Assembly: GCF_030693485.1 (NCBI RefSeq)
Contig: NZ_JAUYAN010000053.1
Span: 1,258 to 65,257 of the forward strand
Source of the DNA: Bradyrhizobium sp.
GTDB lineage: Bacteria > Pseudomonadota > Alphaproteobacteria > Rhizobiales > Xanthobacteraceae
Direction of reading: 5' to 3'
DNA length: 64,000 bases
Both the position numbers and the translations under genes were made by a program. The notes beneath the pieces were generated by a model. It was not told the DNA's origin, searched no databases, and saw nothing but the letters and a program-made list of their open reading frames with translations. This document shows, one piece after another, positions 9,941-18,599 of the stretch (the stretch's first letter is position 1; the number at the start of each line of letters is the position of its first letter).

Positions 9941-10648
9941 TTACTTGCCCGCGTCAATGAAGCCAGCGCGTGCTCGTATCGCGCGCTGATCGGTGCCGAT
10001 CAACAGGTCGATCAGGTTCCGCGCCTGCTTGCCAAGGGCCGCCCGTGAGGTCACCGCCGCCGTATACATGGTCGAGAGGTCGCATCCCTGAGGCAGCGAT
10101 CCCGACAGAATCACCCCTTTGGTACTGATGATCTCGGTGGATTGCGTGCAGCCGATCGGCCTGATCGCGTCGGTCTCAGCCAGTTGGCGCATTGCGGCCG
10201 CCCCGTTCGGAAAGATTCGGAGCCGGGCCGCCACCTCACCGGCGATGCCGAGTTGCTGCAGGACTTTCGCCACGTGGATTCCGGCGGTAGACGCCTTGAT
10301 ATCGGGAACGAAGATCGCATCCGCCGCGAGCAGCGCATCGCGCAAGGCGGCCGCATCGTTGACCGTGACCAGGGAATCGCCGGCGCGGACGGCGACTGCG
10401 GTCTCGACCAATCCGATGTCGGCGATAGAGTCGGGAACTACCCATTTCTCCTCCGCCAGTCTGGCGACAATTGCCGCCGTCAGGATGATGACATCGGCAT
10501 TGGTGCCGGCGCGCAATTTGTCGGCCATGGCGCCGACTGCGCCGAACTCTCCTACAATGTCGAGGCCGGCTTGCGCCTTGAATTGTGGTGCGATACCTGC
10601 GACCAGGCCTTGCGCCGCGCCGCCGCTCAGGATGTTCAACGCAGTCAT
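9941..10648 (-). CDS. ModA-like type-2 periplasmic-binding-fold protein lacking a signal peptide
   Basis: Begins directly with LNILSGGAAQGL and has no hydrophobic leader. The layout resembles molybdate-binding proteins. ATGA overlap with the upstream Mo-hydroxylase subunit. Confidence 0.65.
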   Translation of the reverse strand: MTALNILSGGAAQGLVAGIAPQFKAQAGLDIVGEFGAVGAMADKLRAGTNADVIILTAAIVARLAEEKWVVPDSIADIGLVETAVAVRAGDSLVTVNDAAALRDALLAADAIFVPDIKASTAGIHVAKVLQQLGIAGEVAARLRIFPNGAAAMRQLAETDAIRPIGCTQSTEIISTKGVILSGSLPQGCDLSTMYTAAVTSRAALGKQARNLIDLLIGTDQRAIRARAGFIDAGK

Positions 10649-12786
10649 GAGTTCAATTCCATCGCCGCGATCAGGCTGTCGCGCGTAATCGGCAGGTTGC
10701 GAACGCGCACGCCGAGCGCATCGAACACGGCGTTGGCGATCGCCGCGGTGACCGGTCCGTGCGCCGCTTCGCCGGCGCCGAGAGGTTCGCTGTCGGATCG
10801 CTGGATCAGTTCGACCTGTACGTCCGGCACATCGCTGAAGCGGAGGATCGGATACGACCCCCAGGTGGTGCTGGTGATGCGTTGCCGGTCAAAGCGGACG
10901 CGCTCCTTCAATACCCAACTGGTAGCCTGGATTGCGCCCCCTTCGATCTGGTTGATCACCCCATCGGGGTTGATGGCTTCGCCGACGTCGACCGCGATCG
11001 TCAGCCGCCTCACGCTGATATCCTCGGCGCCCTCGACCTCGGCAATGACCGCACAATAAGCGCCGGTGTTCTTGTAGCGCGCGAAGCCGAGGCCGTAACC
11101 GGTCCCGGCCTGCTTGTCGGGTTTCCAGTTCGCGCGCCTCGCGACGGCTCGGATCACATCCTTGGCCCGCTCGTCCGACAAGAGGCGCAGCCGGAACTCG
11201 ACTGGGTCCTCGCCGCGCTCGGCGGCGAGTTCATCGAGAAAGCATTCGATCGCGAATACGTTGCCCTGCGCGCCGAGCGTCCGCAGTGCGGAGGTTCGGA
11301 TCGGCATCGTGGTCAGGCGATGGCATTCGATCCGCCACGACGGAAAGTCGTAGAGCGGAACCGAGTTGCGATCGGCGCCGCCGCCACTGGCTGACGGCGG
11401 ATTGGTGGAGATCATGCGTGGAAACGGAGTTTCCAGCTCGGTTGCCGCCAGCAAGGCAGGCTCAGCCGCGCGTCCGGGCCGCGCGGTATGGCCGTTGCTC
11501 CAGATGCTGTGGCGCCAGCCGATGATTTCGTCTCTTGCGTCGAGATCGGCCTCGATCTCGATCGCCATCGCCGCCCCGAACGGCGCGTGCGACATCTCGT
11601 CTTCGCGCGACCATTGTACGCGCACTGGCCGGCCTTGGGCTGCTTTCGCCAGCAGCACCGCGTCGAGTGCGACGTCGTCGGCGGCATTATGCCCGTAGCA
11701 GCCGGCGCCTTCCATATGCTCGACTGTGATGTTCTCGGCTGGCAGTTTCAAAACCAGCGCGAGATCGGCGCGGAGGAGATAGACCCCCTGGCTGTGGGTC
11801 CAGACATGAACGCGGTCTTCCGCGGTCCACTGCGCCATGGCGCAGGACGGCGCGATCGAGGCGTGCGCGATATAGGGGCGGGTATATTGCCGTCGGACCG
11901 TCCGCACCGGTTCGCGGGTCGCCGACGCCGTTCTGGTATCGATCTCTGTCGACTGCGACGGCTCGGCTTTCAGAAACGCAGCCAGTTGGCCTTCATCGGG
12001 CAGCATTCGGTCGGATGACCAGGTCGCGCTTCTGCGCAAGGCCTTCAGGGCCGCCTGCGCGCCGTCCTCGGTTTCGCTGACGACACCCACAAAGTTGCCG
12101 TCGTGCACGAGGGCGACAAGGCCGGTAACAGCACGCGCGCCATCCTCCTTCAAACCGGTGAGTTTCGCTGCCGACAGCTCCGATCGCAGCACAAGGCCAT
12201 GCAGCATCCCGGGCAGGGCGGCGTCGTGAATGAAGCGGCGATGCGCGAAAACCTTGTCGGGGATATCCAGCCGCTGAACCGAATAGCCGGCCTGCATGCG
12301 CCTGGCAGGTGGCTTTGGCATGGCGCCCGGCGTCGCGTCGCGGTCCAGTGAAACGTGCTCCGCGAGTTCCCAGTAACTGGTCCTGATATTGCCGGGACCG
12401 GAGATGGTGCCATCCTCGACCGCGAGTGCGTCGATGCCGACGCCCAGGCGATCCGAGGCGGCGCCCAGGAAGATTTGCCGCACTTCGGCGCAGGCCTGCC
12501 GTATGGCGCGGCCCGACTGCTGCACGGATAGACTGCCCGAGGTGACGCCCTCGTTGGGACTGGCCGCCGTCGAGGCGCGCGCCATCTGCACGCGGCCGAT
12601 ATCGATATCGAGTTCGTCGGCGGCGATCTGGGCCAGTGCGGTGATGATGCCTTGCCCGATCTCGACCTTTCCTGGCGAGATCATCACGTGGCCTTCCCGA
12701 GAGAACTGTACCCACGACGACAGAGTGGGGTTCGCCGCCAGGCTGACCGGCAGTTTTGGCGCGGGGGAGGGGGCGCGCTCGCTCAT
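10645..12786 (-). CDS. molybdopterin-binding subunit of xanthine dehydrogenase/aldehyde oxidase family (IorB-like)
   Basis: 713 aa with aldehyde-oxidase/XDH a/b-hammerhead and Moco-binding blocks (GQGIITALAQIAADEL, GAGCYGHN, GEAAHGP). Overlaps the 2Fe-2S subunit gene. Confidence 0.85.
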   Translation of the reverse strand: MSERAPSPAPKLPVSLAANPTLSSWVQFSREGHVMISPGKVEIGQGIITALAQIAADELDIDIGRVQMARASTAASPNEGVTSGSLSVQQSGRAIRQACAEVRQIFLGAASDRLGVGIDALAVEDGTISGPGNIRTSYWELAEHVSLDRDATPGAMPKPPARRMQAGYSVQRLDIPDKVFAHRRFIHDAALPGMLHGLVLRSELSAAKLTGLKEDGARAVTGLVALVHDGNFVGVVSETEDGAQAALKALRRSATWSSDRMLPDEGQLAAFLKAEPSQSTEIDTRTASATREPVRTVRRQYTRPYIAHASIAPSCAMAQWTAEDRVHVWTHSQGVYLLRADLALVLKLPAENITVEHMEGAGCYGHNAADDVALDAVLLAKAAQGRPVRVQWSREDEMSHAPFGAAMAIEIEADLDARDEIIGWRHSIWSNGHTARPGRAAEPALLAATELETPFPRMISTNPPSASGGGADRNSVPLYDFPSWRIECHRLTTMPIRTSALRTLGAQGNVFAIECFLDELAAERGEDPVEFRLRLLSDERAKDVIRAVARRANWKPDKQAGTGYGLGFARYKNTGAYCAVIAEVEGAEDISVRRLTIAVDVGEAINPDGVINQIEGGAIQATSWVLKERVRFDRQRITSTTWGSYPILRFSDVPDVQVELIQRSDSEPLGAGEAAHGPVTAAIANAVFDALGVRVRNLPITRDSLIAAMELNS

Positions 12787-13253
12787 CGCGCGGCCATTTC
12801 AGCCGCCGCGCGCAGCACCGCCCGCACCATGCGGTTATGCGATCCGCAGCGGCAAAGGTTGCGATCGAGTGCGGCCTTCACATCGCCACTGGTGGGTGTC
12901 GGGTTTTGCTGCAGCAGCGCCGCGGCGCTGATCAGGATGCCGGAAACGCAGTAGCCGCACTGCATGGCCTGCTCGGCGATAAAGGCTCGCTGCAGCGGAT
13001 GCGGCGCTTGCGCGCTTCCCAACCCTTCCACGGTGATGACGTCCTTGTCCGCGACCGACCACAGCGGCGTGTCGCATGCGGCTACCGCATGATTGCCGAC
13101 CAGGACGTGGCAGGCGCCGCATTCATTGGCGCCGCAGCCAAAATGCGGCCCGGTCATCTCAAGCGTTCCGCGCAGGATACCGAGCAGCGAAGAATCGGGA
13201 TCGGCGTCGACCTCCGTTTCGACGCCATTGAGGCGAAACCGTACGTTCGACAT
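12783..13253 (-). CDS. (2Fe-2S)-binding small subunit (IorA-like)
   Basis: Motifs CGANECGACHV and CGYCVSG. ATG at 13253 (MSNVRFRLNG); the track start 13307 is an extension. Confidence 0.85.
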   Translation of the reverse strand: MSNVRFRLNGVETEVDADPDSSLLGILRGTLEMTGPHFGCGANECGACHVLVGNHAVAACDTPLWSVADKDVITVEGLGSAQAPHPLQRAFIAEQAMQCGYCVSGILISAAALLQQNPTPTSGDVKAALDRNLCRCGSHNRMVRAVLRAAAEMAAR

Positions 13254-13264
13254 CGACGGAAACC

Positions 13265-14245
13265 TTATTGCGGCTTCTCGGCGAATTTCTTGACGACCTC
13301 GGCCCATTTCACGATATCGCCGCGCAGATACTTGTCGAACTCTTCGGGAGTCATCGACATCGCGACCGCGCCCTGTCCGGTCCAGAGCTTGACGATATCC
13401 GGCCGCTTCACCGCGGCGTTTACAGCGGCGTTGAGCTTGTCGATGACAGGCTTCGGCGTTCCCGCCGGCGCCATCAATCCGAGCCAGATCGTTGCCTCGT
13501 AGCCGGCGACGCCGGCCTCGGAGGCCGTCGGCGCGTTCGGCAGCACGCTCGATCGCGATTTGCCCGTGGTGGCGAGCGCGCGCACCTGGTTCGCGGCGAC
13601 GTTCGGCGCCATCGCCGGAACCGCGTCGATCATCATCTGCACCTGTCCACCGATGACGCCGGTGCGTGCCTCGCCGCTGTTGCGGTAGGGGACATGCACA
13701 AGCTCGATGCCGGCCATGGCTTTGAATAGCTCGCCGGCCATGTGGTACGGCGTACCCTGGCCGGACGACGCATAGTTCAGTTTCCCCGGCTGCGCCTTGG
13801 CGAGCGCGATGAATTCGGCCAGCGTGCTGGCCGGCACCGACGGATGCACCACGATCACGAGGTCGGAATAATTGACCGGCGCGATCGGCGCCAGATCGCG
13901 CATCAGTTCATACTTGCGCGTCGGCACCAGCGACTCATTCGCCGTCTGGGTATTCGACATCATCAGCAGCGTGTAGCCGTCGGGCGGCGACTTGACGACC
14001 TCGACCGTGCCGATCACTCCGCCGGCACCGGTACGGTTCTCGACCACGAAGGGCTGGTTGAAACTTTCCTGCAGGATGCCGCCGATCTGGCGCGCCGTGA
14101 CGTCGGCCGGGCCGCCGGGGCCGAAGGGAACGATGATCTTGACGGGCCGCGCCGGATAATCCTGCGCCCGACATTGCGTCGCAACAAGACCCGAAGTCGC
14201 AACAAGCGTTGCCGCCAGCGCCAACGCGAACCGTGAGACTGTCAT
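13265..14245 (-). CDS. Bug family (TctC-like) tripartite tricarboxylate transporter substrate-binding protein
   Basis: Signal peptide followed by the typical Bug core (PVKIIVPFGPGGPADV..., YASSGQGTPYHMAGE). Confidence 0.85.
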   Translation of the reverse strand: MTVSRFALALAATLVATSGLVATQCRAQDYPARPVKIIVPFGPGGPADVTARQIGGILQESFNQPFVVENRTGAGGVIGTVEVVKSPPDGYTLLMMSNTQTANESLVPTRKYELMRDLAPIAPVNYSDLVIVVHPSVPASTLAEFIALAKAQPGKLNYASSGQGTPYHMAGELFKAMAGIELVHVPYRNSGEARTGVIGGQVQMMIDAVPAMAPNVAANQVRALATTGKSRSSVLPNAPTASEAGVAGYEATIWLGLMAPAGTPKPVIDKLNAAVNAAVKRPDIVKLWTGQGAVAMSMTPEEFDKYLRGDIVKWAEVVKKFAEKPQ

Positions 14246-14379
14246 TTCAATCCTTCCAAGCCCGGTCTTGTTCTGAATCGGCTGTCTGCCGGCCGACGCT
14301 GACTGCCAAGTCCGGGACCAAGTTTAGCCAACTGCGCTGCGACTTCCAGTGCTCAAATCAGGCTTTTGTCGCCGTAACG

Positions 14380-14409
14380 GTGGCGGGCCATTCACGCCCG
14401 TGGCGGGCC
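14380..14409. promoter_or_regulatory. 10-bp direct repeat pair (candidate regulator site)
   Basis: GTGGCGGGCC occurs at 14380-14389 and 14400-14409, 20 bp apart centre to centre. A third, partial copy (GTGGCGG) lies near 14456. All are upstream of the Mo-enzyme gene. Confidence 0.3.
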
Positions 14410-14508
14410 TATCCCGGCGCACAATGCATGGCCCGCGCGCATTTTTCGCTGGTGCGTGGCGGATAAATGCGCTCGGCGGTCCCGGCTTTTGATGCTAGCA
14501 ATCGGGGC

Positions 14509-16617
14509 ATGAACCAGCAACCAAGAATCGACATCCGGCACTCCACCTGTCCGCACGATTGCCCGTCGGCCTGCGCACTCGATGTCGAGGTGATCGACGG
14601 CACCTCGATCGGCCGGGTGCGTGGCTCCAAGCTGCAGACCTATACCGCCGGCGTCGTCTGCGCCAAGGTCGCGCGCTATGCCGAGCGCATTCATCATCCC
14701 GACCGGCTGCTCTATCCGATGCGCCGGACCGGCCCGAAGGGCTCCGGTCAGTTCGCGCGGATTTCGTGGGACGAAGCGCTGGACGAGATCGCCGTGCGGT
14801 TCGACGCGGCCGAGCGCGAATTCGGGGCTCAATCGGTCTGGCCCTATTACTACGCCGGCACCATGGGCCTCGTGATGCGCGATGGCATCAACCGCCTCGC
14901 GCATGTGAAGAAATATTCCCGCTTCTACCAGACCATCTGCGCCAATGTCGCGCGGATCGGATTCGCCATCGGCACCGGCAAGATCGCCGGGGTCGATCCG
15001 CGCGAGATGGGCGTCTCCGACCTCGTCGTGATCTGGGGCACCAATCCCGTCAACACCCAGGTCAATGTGATGACGCATGCGATGCGTGCCCGCAAGGAGC
15101 GCGGCGCAAAAATCGCGGCGATCGACATCTACAACAACGACACCATGAAGCAGGCCGACATCAAGATCATCCTGCGGCCCGGCACCGACGGCGCCTTCGC
15201 CTGCGGCGTCATGCATGTGTTGTTCCGCGAGGGATATGCGGACCGCGCCTATATGGAGCGCTATACCGATTGCCCTGGTGAACTCGAGGCGCATCTGAAA
15301 ACCCGCACCCCGGAATGGGCCTCCGCCATCTGCGGTGTTCCCGTTGAAGAGATCGAGGCCTTTGCCCGTTTGGTCGGGGTGACAAAACGATCGTTCTTCC
15401 GGCTCGGCTATGGTTTTACCCGCAGTCGCAACGGGGCTACGCAGATGCATGCGGCGCTCTGCATTCCAGCCGTGACCGGCGCGTGGCAGTACGAGGGCGG
15501 CGGCGCATTCTTCAACAATTTCGCGATCTGGAAGTTCGACGAATCGATCATCGAGGGCCATGACGCCATTGATCCCACCACGCGGGCACTCGATCAGTCC
15601 AGGATCGGGCGCATCCTGACCGGCGACGCCGAGGCATTGCACAACGGGCCGCCGGTCAAGGCCATGCTGATCCAGAACACCAACCCGATGACGGTGGCGC
15701 CGGAGCAGACGCTGGTGCGGCAGGGTTTTGCGCGCGAGGATCTGTTCGTGGCGGTGCATGAGCAGTTCATGACCGAGACCGCGCAAATGGCCGATATCGT
15801 GCTGCCGGCGACGATGTTCCTGGAGCATGATGATCTCTATTACGGCGGCGGCCACCAGCATATCTCGGTCGGCGCCAAGCTGATCGAGCCGCCCGGCGAA
15901 TGCCGCTCCAACCATGAGGTGCTGCAGGGCCTCGGCCGACGGCTCAACGCCGTGCATCCCGCCTTCGACATGACGTCCCGCGAGCTGATCGACGCCACGC
16001 TGAAGAAGAGCGGCCATGGCGATATCGAAACGTTGGAGGCCGATCTGTGGCGCGATATCCAGCCGGATTTCCGCACTTCGCATTACCTCGACGGCTTCGC
16101 GCATGCGGACAAAAAATTCCACTTCAAGGCGGATTGGGCGCACCCGCCATTTGGCAACGCCGGCATGGGGCCGTGGGAGCAGATGCCGTCGCTGCCGGAT
16201 CACTGGACCATCATCGAGGAGGCGGACGAGGCACATCCGTTCCGGTTGGCCACCAGCCCGTCGCGCAGCTTCCTCAATACAAGTTTCAATGAAACGCCCT
16301 CGTCGGTCGCGCGCGAAGGCGCGCCTTCGGTGATGATTCACCCGTCGGATGCGGCATCGCTCGGAATCGCCGACGGCGAGGCCGTGGTGCTGGGCAATAC
16401 GCGCGGCGAGACCACGCTGACCGCCAAACTGTTCGACGGCCTGCGCCGCGGAGTTCTGATCGCGGAGTCGATCCAGCCGAACAAGGCCCATGTCGGCGGT
16501 CGTGGCATCAACACCCTGACCGGCGCGGAGGCCATCGCCCCGATCGGCGGGGCGGCGTTCCACGACATCAAGGTGTGGGTCAAGAAAGCGGCGCCAGCCA
16601 CTGCGCGCAAGACCTGA
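14509..16617 (+). CDS. molybdopterin-dependent oxidoreductase (MopB superfamily, cytoplasmic, unknown substrate)
   Basis: N-terminal 4Fe-4S motif CPHDCPSAC...C. Has MGD-binding domains and a C-terminal beta-barrel domain. No Tat signal. Start chosen at ATG 14509 (MNQQPRIDIRH). Confidence 0.85.
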   Translation: MNQQPRIDIRHSTCPHDCPSACALDVEVIDGTSIGRVRGSKLQTYTAGVVCAKVARYAERIHHPDRLLYPMRRTGPKGSGQFARISWDEALDEIAVRFDAAEREFGAQSVWPYYYAGTMGLVMRDGINRLAHVKKYSRFYQTICANVARIGFAIGTGKIAGVDPREMGVSDLVVIWGTNPVNTQVNVMTHAMRARKERGAKIAAIDIYNNDTMKQADIKIILRPGTDGAFACGVMHVLFREGYADRAYMERYTDCPGELEAHLKTRTPEWASAICGVPVEEIEAFARLVGVTKRSFFRLGYGFTRSRNGATQMHAALCIPAVTGAWQYEGGGAFFNNFAIWKFDESIIEGHDAIDPTTRALDQSRIGRILTGDAEALHNGPPVKAMLIQNTNPMTVAPEQTLVRQGFAREDLFVAVHEQFMTETAQMADIVLPATMFLEHDDLYYGGGHQHISVGAKLIEPPGECRSNHEVLQGLGRRLNAVHPAFDMTSRELIDATLKKSGHGDIETLEADLWRDIQPDFRTSHYLDGFAHADKKFHFKADWAHPPFGNAGMGPWEQMPSLPDHWTIIEEADEAHPFRLATSPSRSFLNTSFNETPSSVAREGAPSVMIHPSDAASLGIADGEAVVLGNTRGETTLTAKLFDGLRRGVLIAESIQPNKAHVGGRGINTLTGAEAIAPIGGAAFHDIKVWVKKAAPATARKT

Positions 16618-16689
16618 TGCCGCTTGCGGTCCATCATTGTCCCAAGGCAAATGTTTGCGAGCATATGAGCAAAACAGGCGGATGGGACG

Positions 16690-17472
16690 ATGACCGACAA
16701 CAACAGCGTGATCCGTGAAAGGCGCGGAACTGCGTTCTGGATCACCATCAATCGGCCGGACAAGCGCAACGCCCTCAATGGCGACGTGATCGCCGGCATC
16801 GCGAAGGGCTATCGCGACGCGCATGACGACAAGGACGTGCGCGTCATCGTGCTGACCGGGGCGGGCGACAAGGCGTTCTGCGCCGGCGCCGACCTGCAGA
16901 ACAGCGGGGCCGCGTTCGCGATGGATTTTGCCAGGCCCAATGTCGATTATGCCGATCTGCTGCGGCTGTCGCAGAATGCCACCAAGCCGGCGATCGCGCG
17001 GGTCGGCGGGGTCTGCATGGCCGGCGGCATGGGGCTGTTGTGCATGACCGACATGGCGGTCGCGGCCGACCACGTGATTTTCGGGTTGCCCGAGGTGAAG
17101 GTCGGCGTGTTCCCGATGCAGGTGATGGCGCTCTTGCAGGGAATCGCGCCGCGCCGCCTGATCAACGAGTGGGCGCTGACCGGCGAACCCTTCGATGCGC
17201 GCACCGCGCAGGCCGCCGGGCTCCTGAACCATGTGGTACCGGCTGCCGAGCTCGATGCCAAGATCGACTGGCTGATCGGCCGCATTGCCGACAAGTCGCC
17301 GACCGCGATCCGGCGCGGAAAATACGCCATGCGCGCCATCGCCGCGATGTCGTTCGACGAAAGCATCGCCTATACCGAAAGCCAGATCGCGCTGCTGGCG
17401 ATGACCGAGGACGCCAAGGAGGGCCTCAAGGCCTTTGGCGAAAAGCGCAAGCCGTCATGGCCGGGGAAGTAG
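16690..17472 (+). CDS. enoyl-CoA hydratase/isomerase (crotonase) family protein
   Basis: Crotonase blocks (VIVLTGAGDKAFCAGADL, GGVCMAGGMGL) and C-terminal FGEKRKPSW. Confidence 0.85.
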   Translation: MTDNNSVIRERRGTAFWITINRPDKRNALNGDVIAGIAKGYRDAHDDKDVRVIVLTGAGDKAFCAGADLQNSGAAFAMDFARPNVDYADLLRLSQNATKPAIARVGGVCMAGGMGLLCMTDMAVAADHVIFGLPEVKVGVFPMQVMALLQGIAPRRLINEWALTGEPFDARTAQAAGLLNHVVPAAELDAKIDWLIGRIADKSPTAIRRGKYAMRAIAAMSFDESIAYTESQIALLAMTEDAKEGLKAFGEKRKPSWPGK

Positions 17473-17560
17473 GACCAACGCCAGCTGTCGCTGTCTCAGG
17501 CTTTCAATCCTCCCGCCAGTCTGCTGTAGTGGGCGAAACTATCTGCCGGGAAGGGCAAAT

Positions 17561-18529
17561 ATGGACCGCCGAAATTTTGTGGCCGGATGCGCCACTCTCT
17601 TGTTGTCAGCCAAAGCGGGCGACTCAATCGCCCAGTCCGGGCCGCTGACAAGGATCGTGTTTCCCTTCGCGGCCGGCGGTGGCGGCGATACGCTCTGCCG
17701 GCTCGTGGCACAACATATCGCCCCGCTGCTCGATCGCAATGTCATCGTCGAGAACCGCACCGGCGGCGATGGCTTGATCGGAATCAAGGCGGTCATGAAT
17801 GCCAGCCCCGACGGCGCCACCATTCTCATCACCACCGGTCCGACCATGTATCTGCTGCCGATGGTGGAGGCGGTGCCGAGCTTCAATACGGCGAAGGATT
17901 TCGTGCCGGTATCCCAGATCGCACGTTTCGAGTTCGGCATCGTTGCCAGCCCGACGATCGGGGCCAAGGACTTCAAGCAGCTGGTAGCCTGGCTCAAGAC
18001 CAATTCAGACAGAGCGAGCTACGGCGTGCCGAGCAACGGCACCATTCCGCATTTCACGGGTTTGAAACTGGAAGAAGCGCTCGGCATGAAAATGACGCGA
18101 GTACCCTATCGCGGCAGCGCGCCAATCATCAACGACCTCGTCGGCGGCCATCTGCCGTTCGGCGTTACCACCATTGCCGACGCGATCCCGCAGCATCGCG
18201 CCGGCGGCGTCCGGATTCTGGTCGTGAGCAGTGTGGCGCGTTCGCCGTTCCTGCCGGAGGTGCCGACGTTGAAGGAGAACGGCATCGAACTGGTCGCCGA
18301 TGCCTGGTACGGGATGTGGCTGCCGGCCGGCAGTCCGGCGGCCTTTGCGAAGCAACTGAGTGAGGCGGTTGCAACGGCGCTGGCCAAGCCGGAGGTTCGC
18401 GAAAAACTGCTGGCGATCGGTCTGATCCCGGTAGGCAGCACGCCGGAGGGTCTCACCCAGGAGTTGGCCGCCAACACCGCTTTCTGGCAGCCGATCGTCA
18501 AGGCCTCGGGCTACAAGATCACGAATTGA
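17561..18529 (+). CDS. Bug family (TctC-like) substrate-binding protein
   Basis: ATG at 17561 (MDRRNFVAGCATLLLS, signal peptide) followed by the Bug core. The track start 17435 overlaps the upstream gene. Confidence 0.85.
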   Translation: MDRRNFVAGCATLLLSAKAGDSIAQSGPLTRIVFPFAAGGGGDTLCRLVAQHIAPLLDRNVIVENRTGGDGLIGIKAVMNASPDGATILITTGPTMYLLPMVEAVPSFNTAKDFVPVSQIARFEFGIVASPTIGAKDFKQLVAWLKTNSDRASYGVPSNGTIPHFTGLKLEEALGMKMTRVPYRGSAPIINDLVGGHLPFGVTTIADAIPQHRAGGVRILVVSSVARSPFLPEVPTLKENGIELVADAWYGMWLPAGSPAAFAKQLSEAVATALAKPEVREKLLAIGLIPVGSTPEGLTQELAANTAFWQPIVKASGYKITN

Positions 18530-18550
18530 GCGGCTTCATCTCTTGGGTTT

Positions 18551-18599
18551 GAGCATGATCGTTTCGGAAAACCGGTTTCCACTTTTCCGGATCATGCTC
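18551..18599. repeat. REP-like palindromic intergenic element
   Basis: GAGCATGATC-GTTT-CGGAAAA-ccggtttccac-TTTTCCG-GATCATGCTC forms a 17-bp stem with a 4-nt bulge. The right arm overlaps the sulfatase stop codon. Confidence 0.6.

Noticed and set aside
14246-14508. Looked for a Moco riboswitch upstream of the molybdoenzyme genes, and for a c-di-GMP riboswitch in 35029-35516
   Set aside because: I could not recognise the conserved cores from memory. A covariance-model scan is needed, so no call is made.
14392-17232. 946-aa ORF on the minus strand
   Set aside because: It is antisense to two genes with clear family motifs (Mo-oxidoreductase, enoyl-CoA hydratase). Its composition is Arg/Gly/Ala/Pro/His-rich and it has no motifs. 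This is a typical GC-rich shadow ORF.
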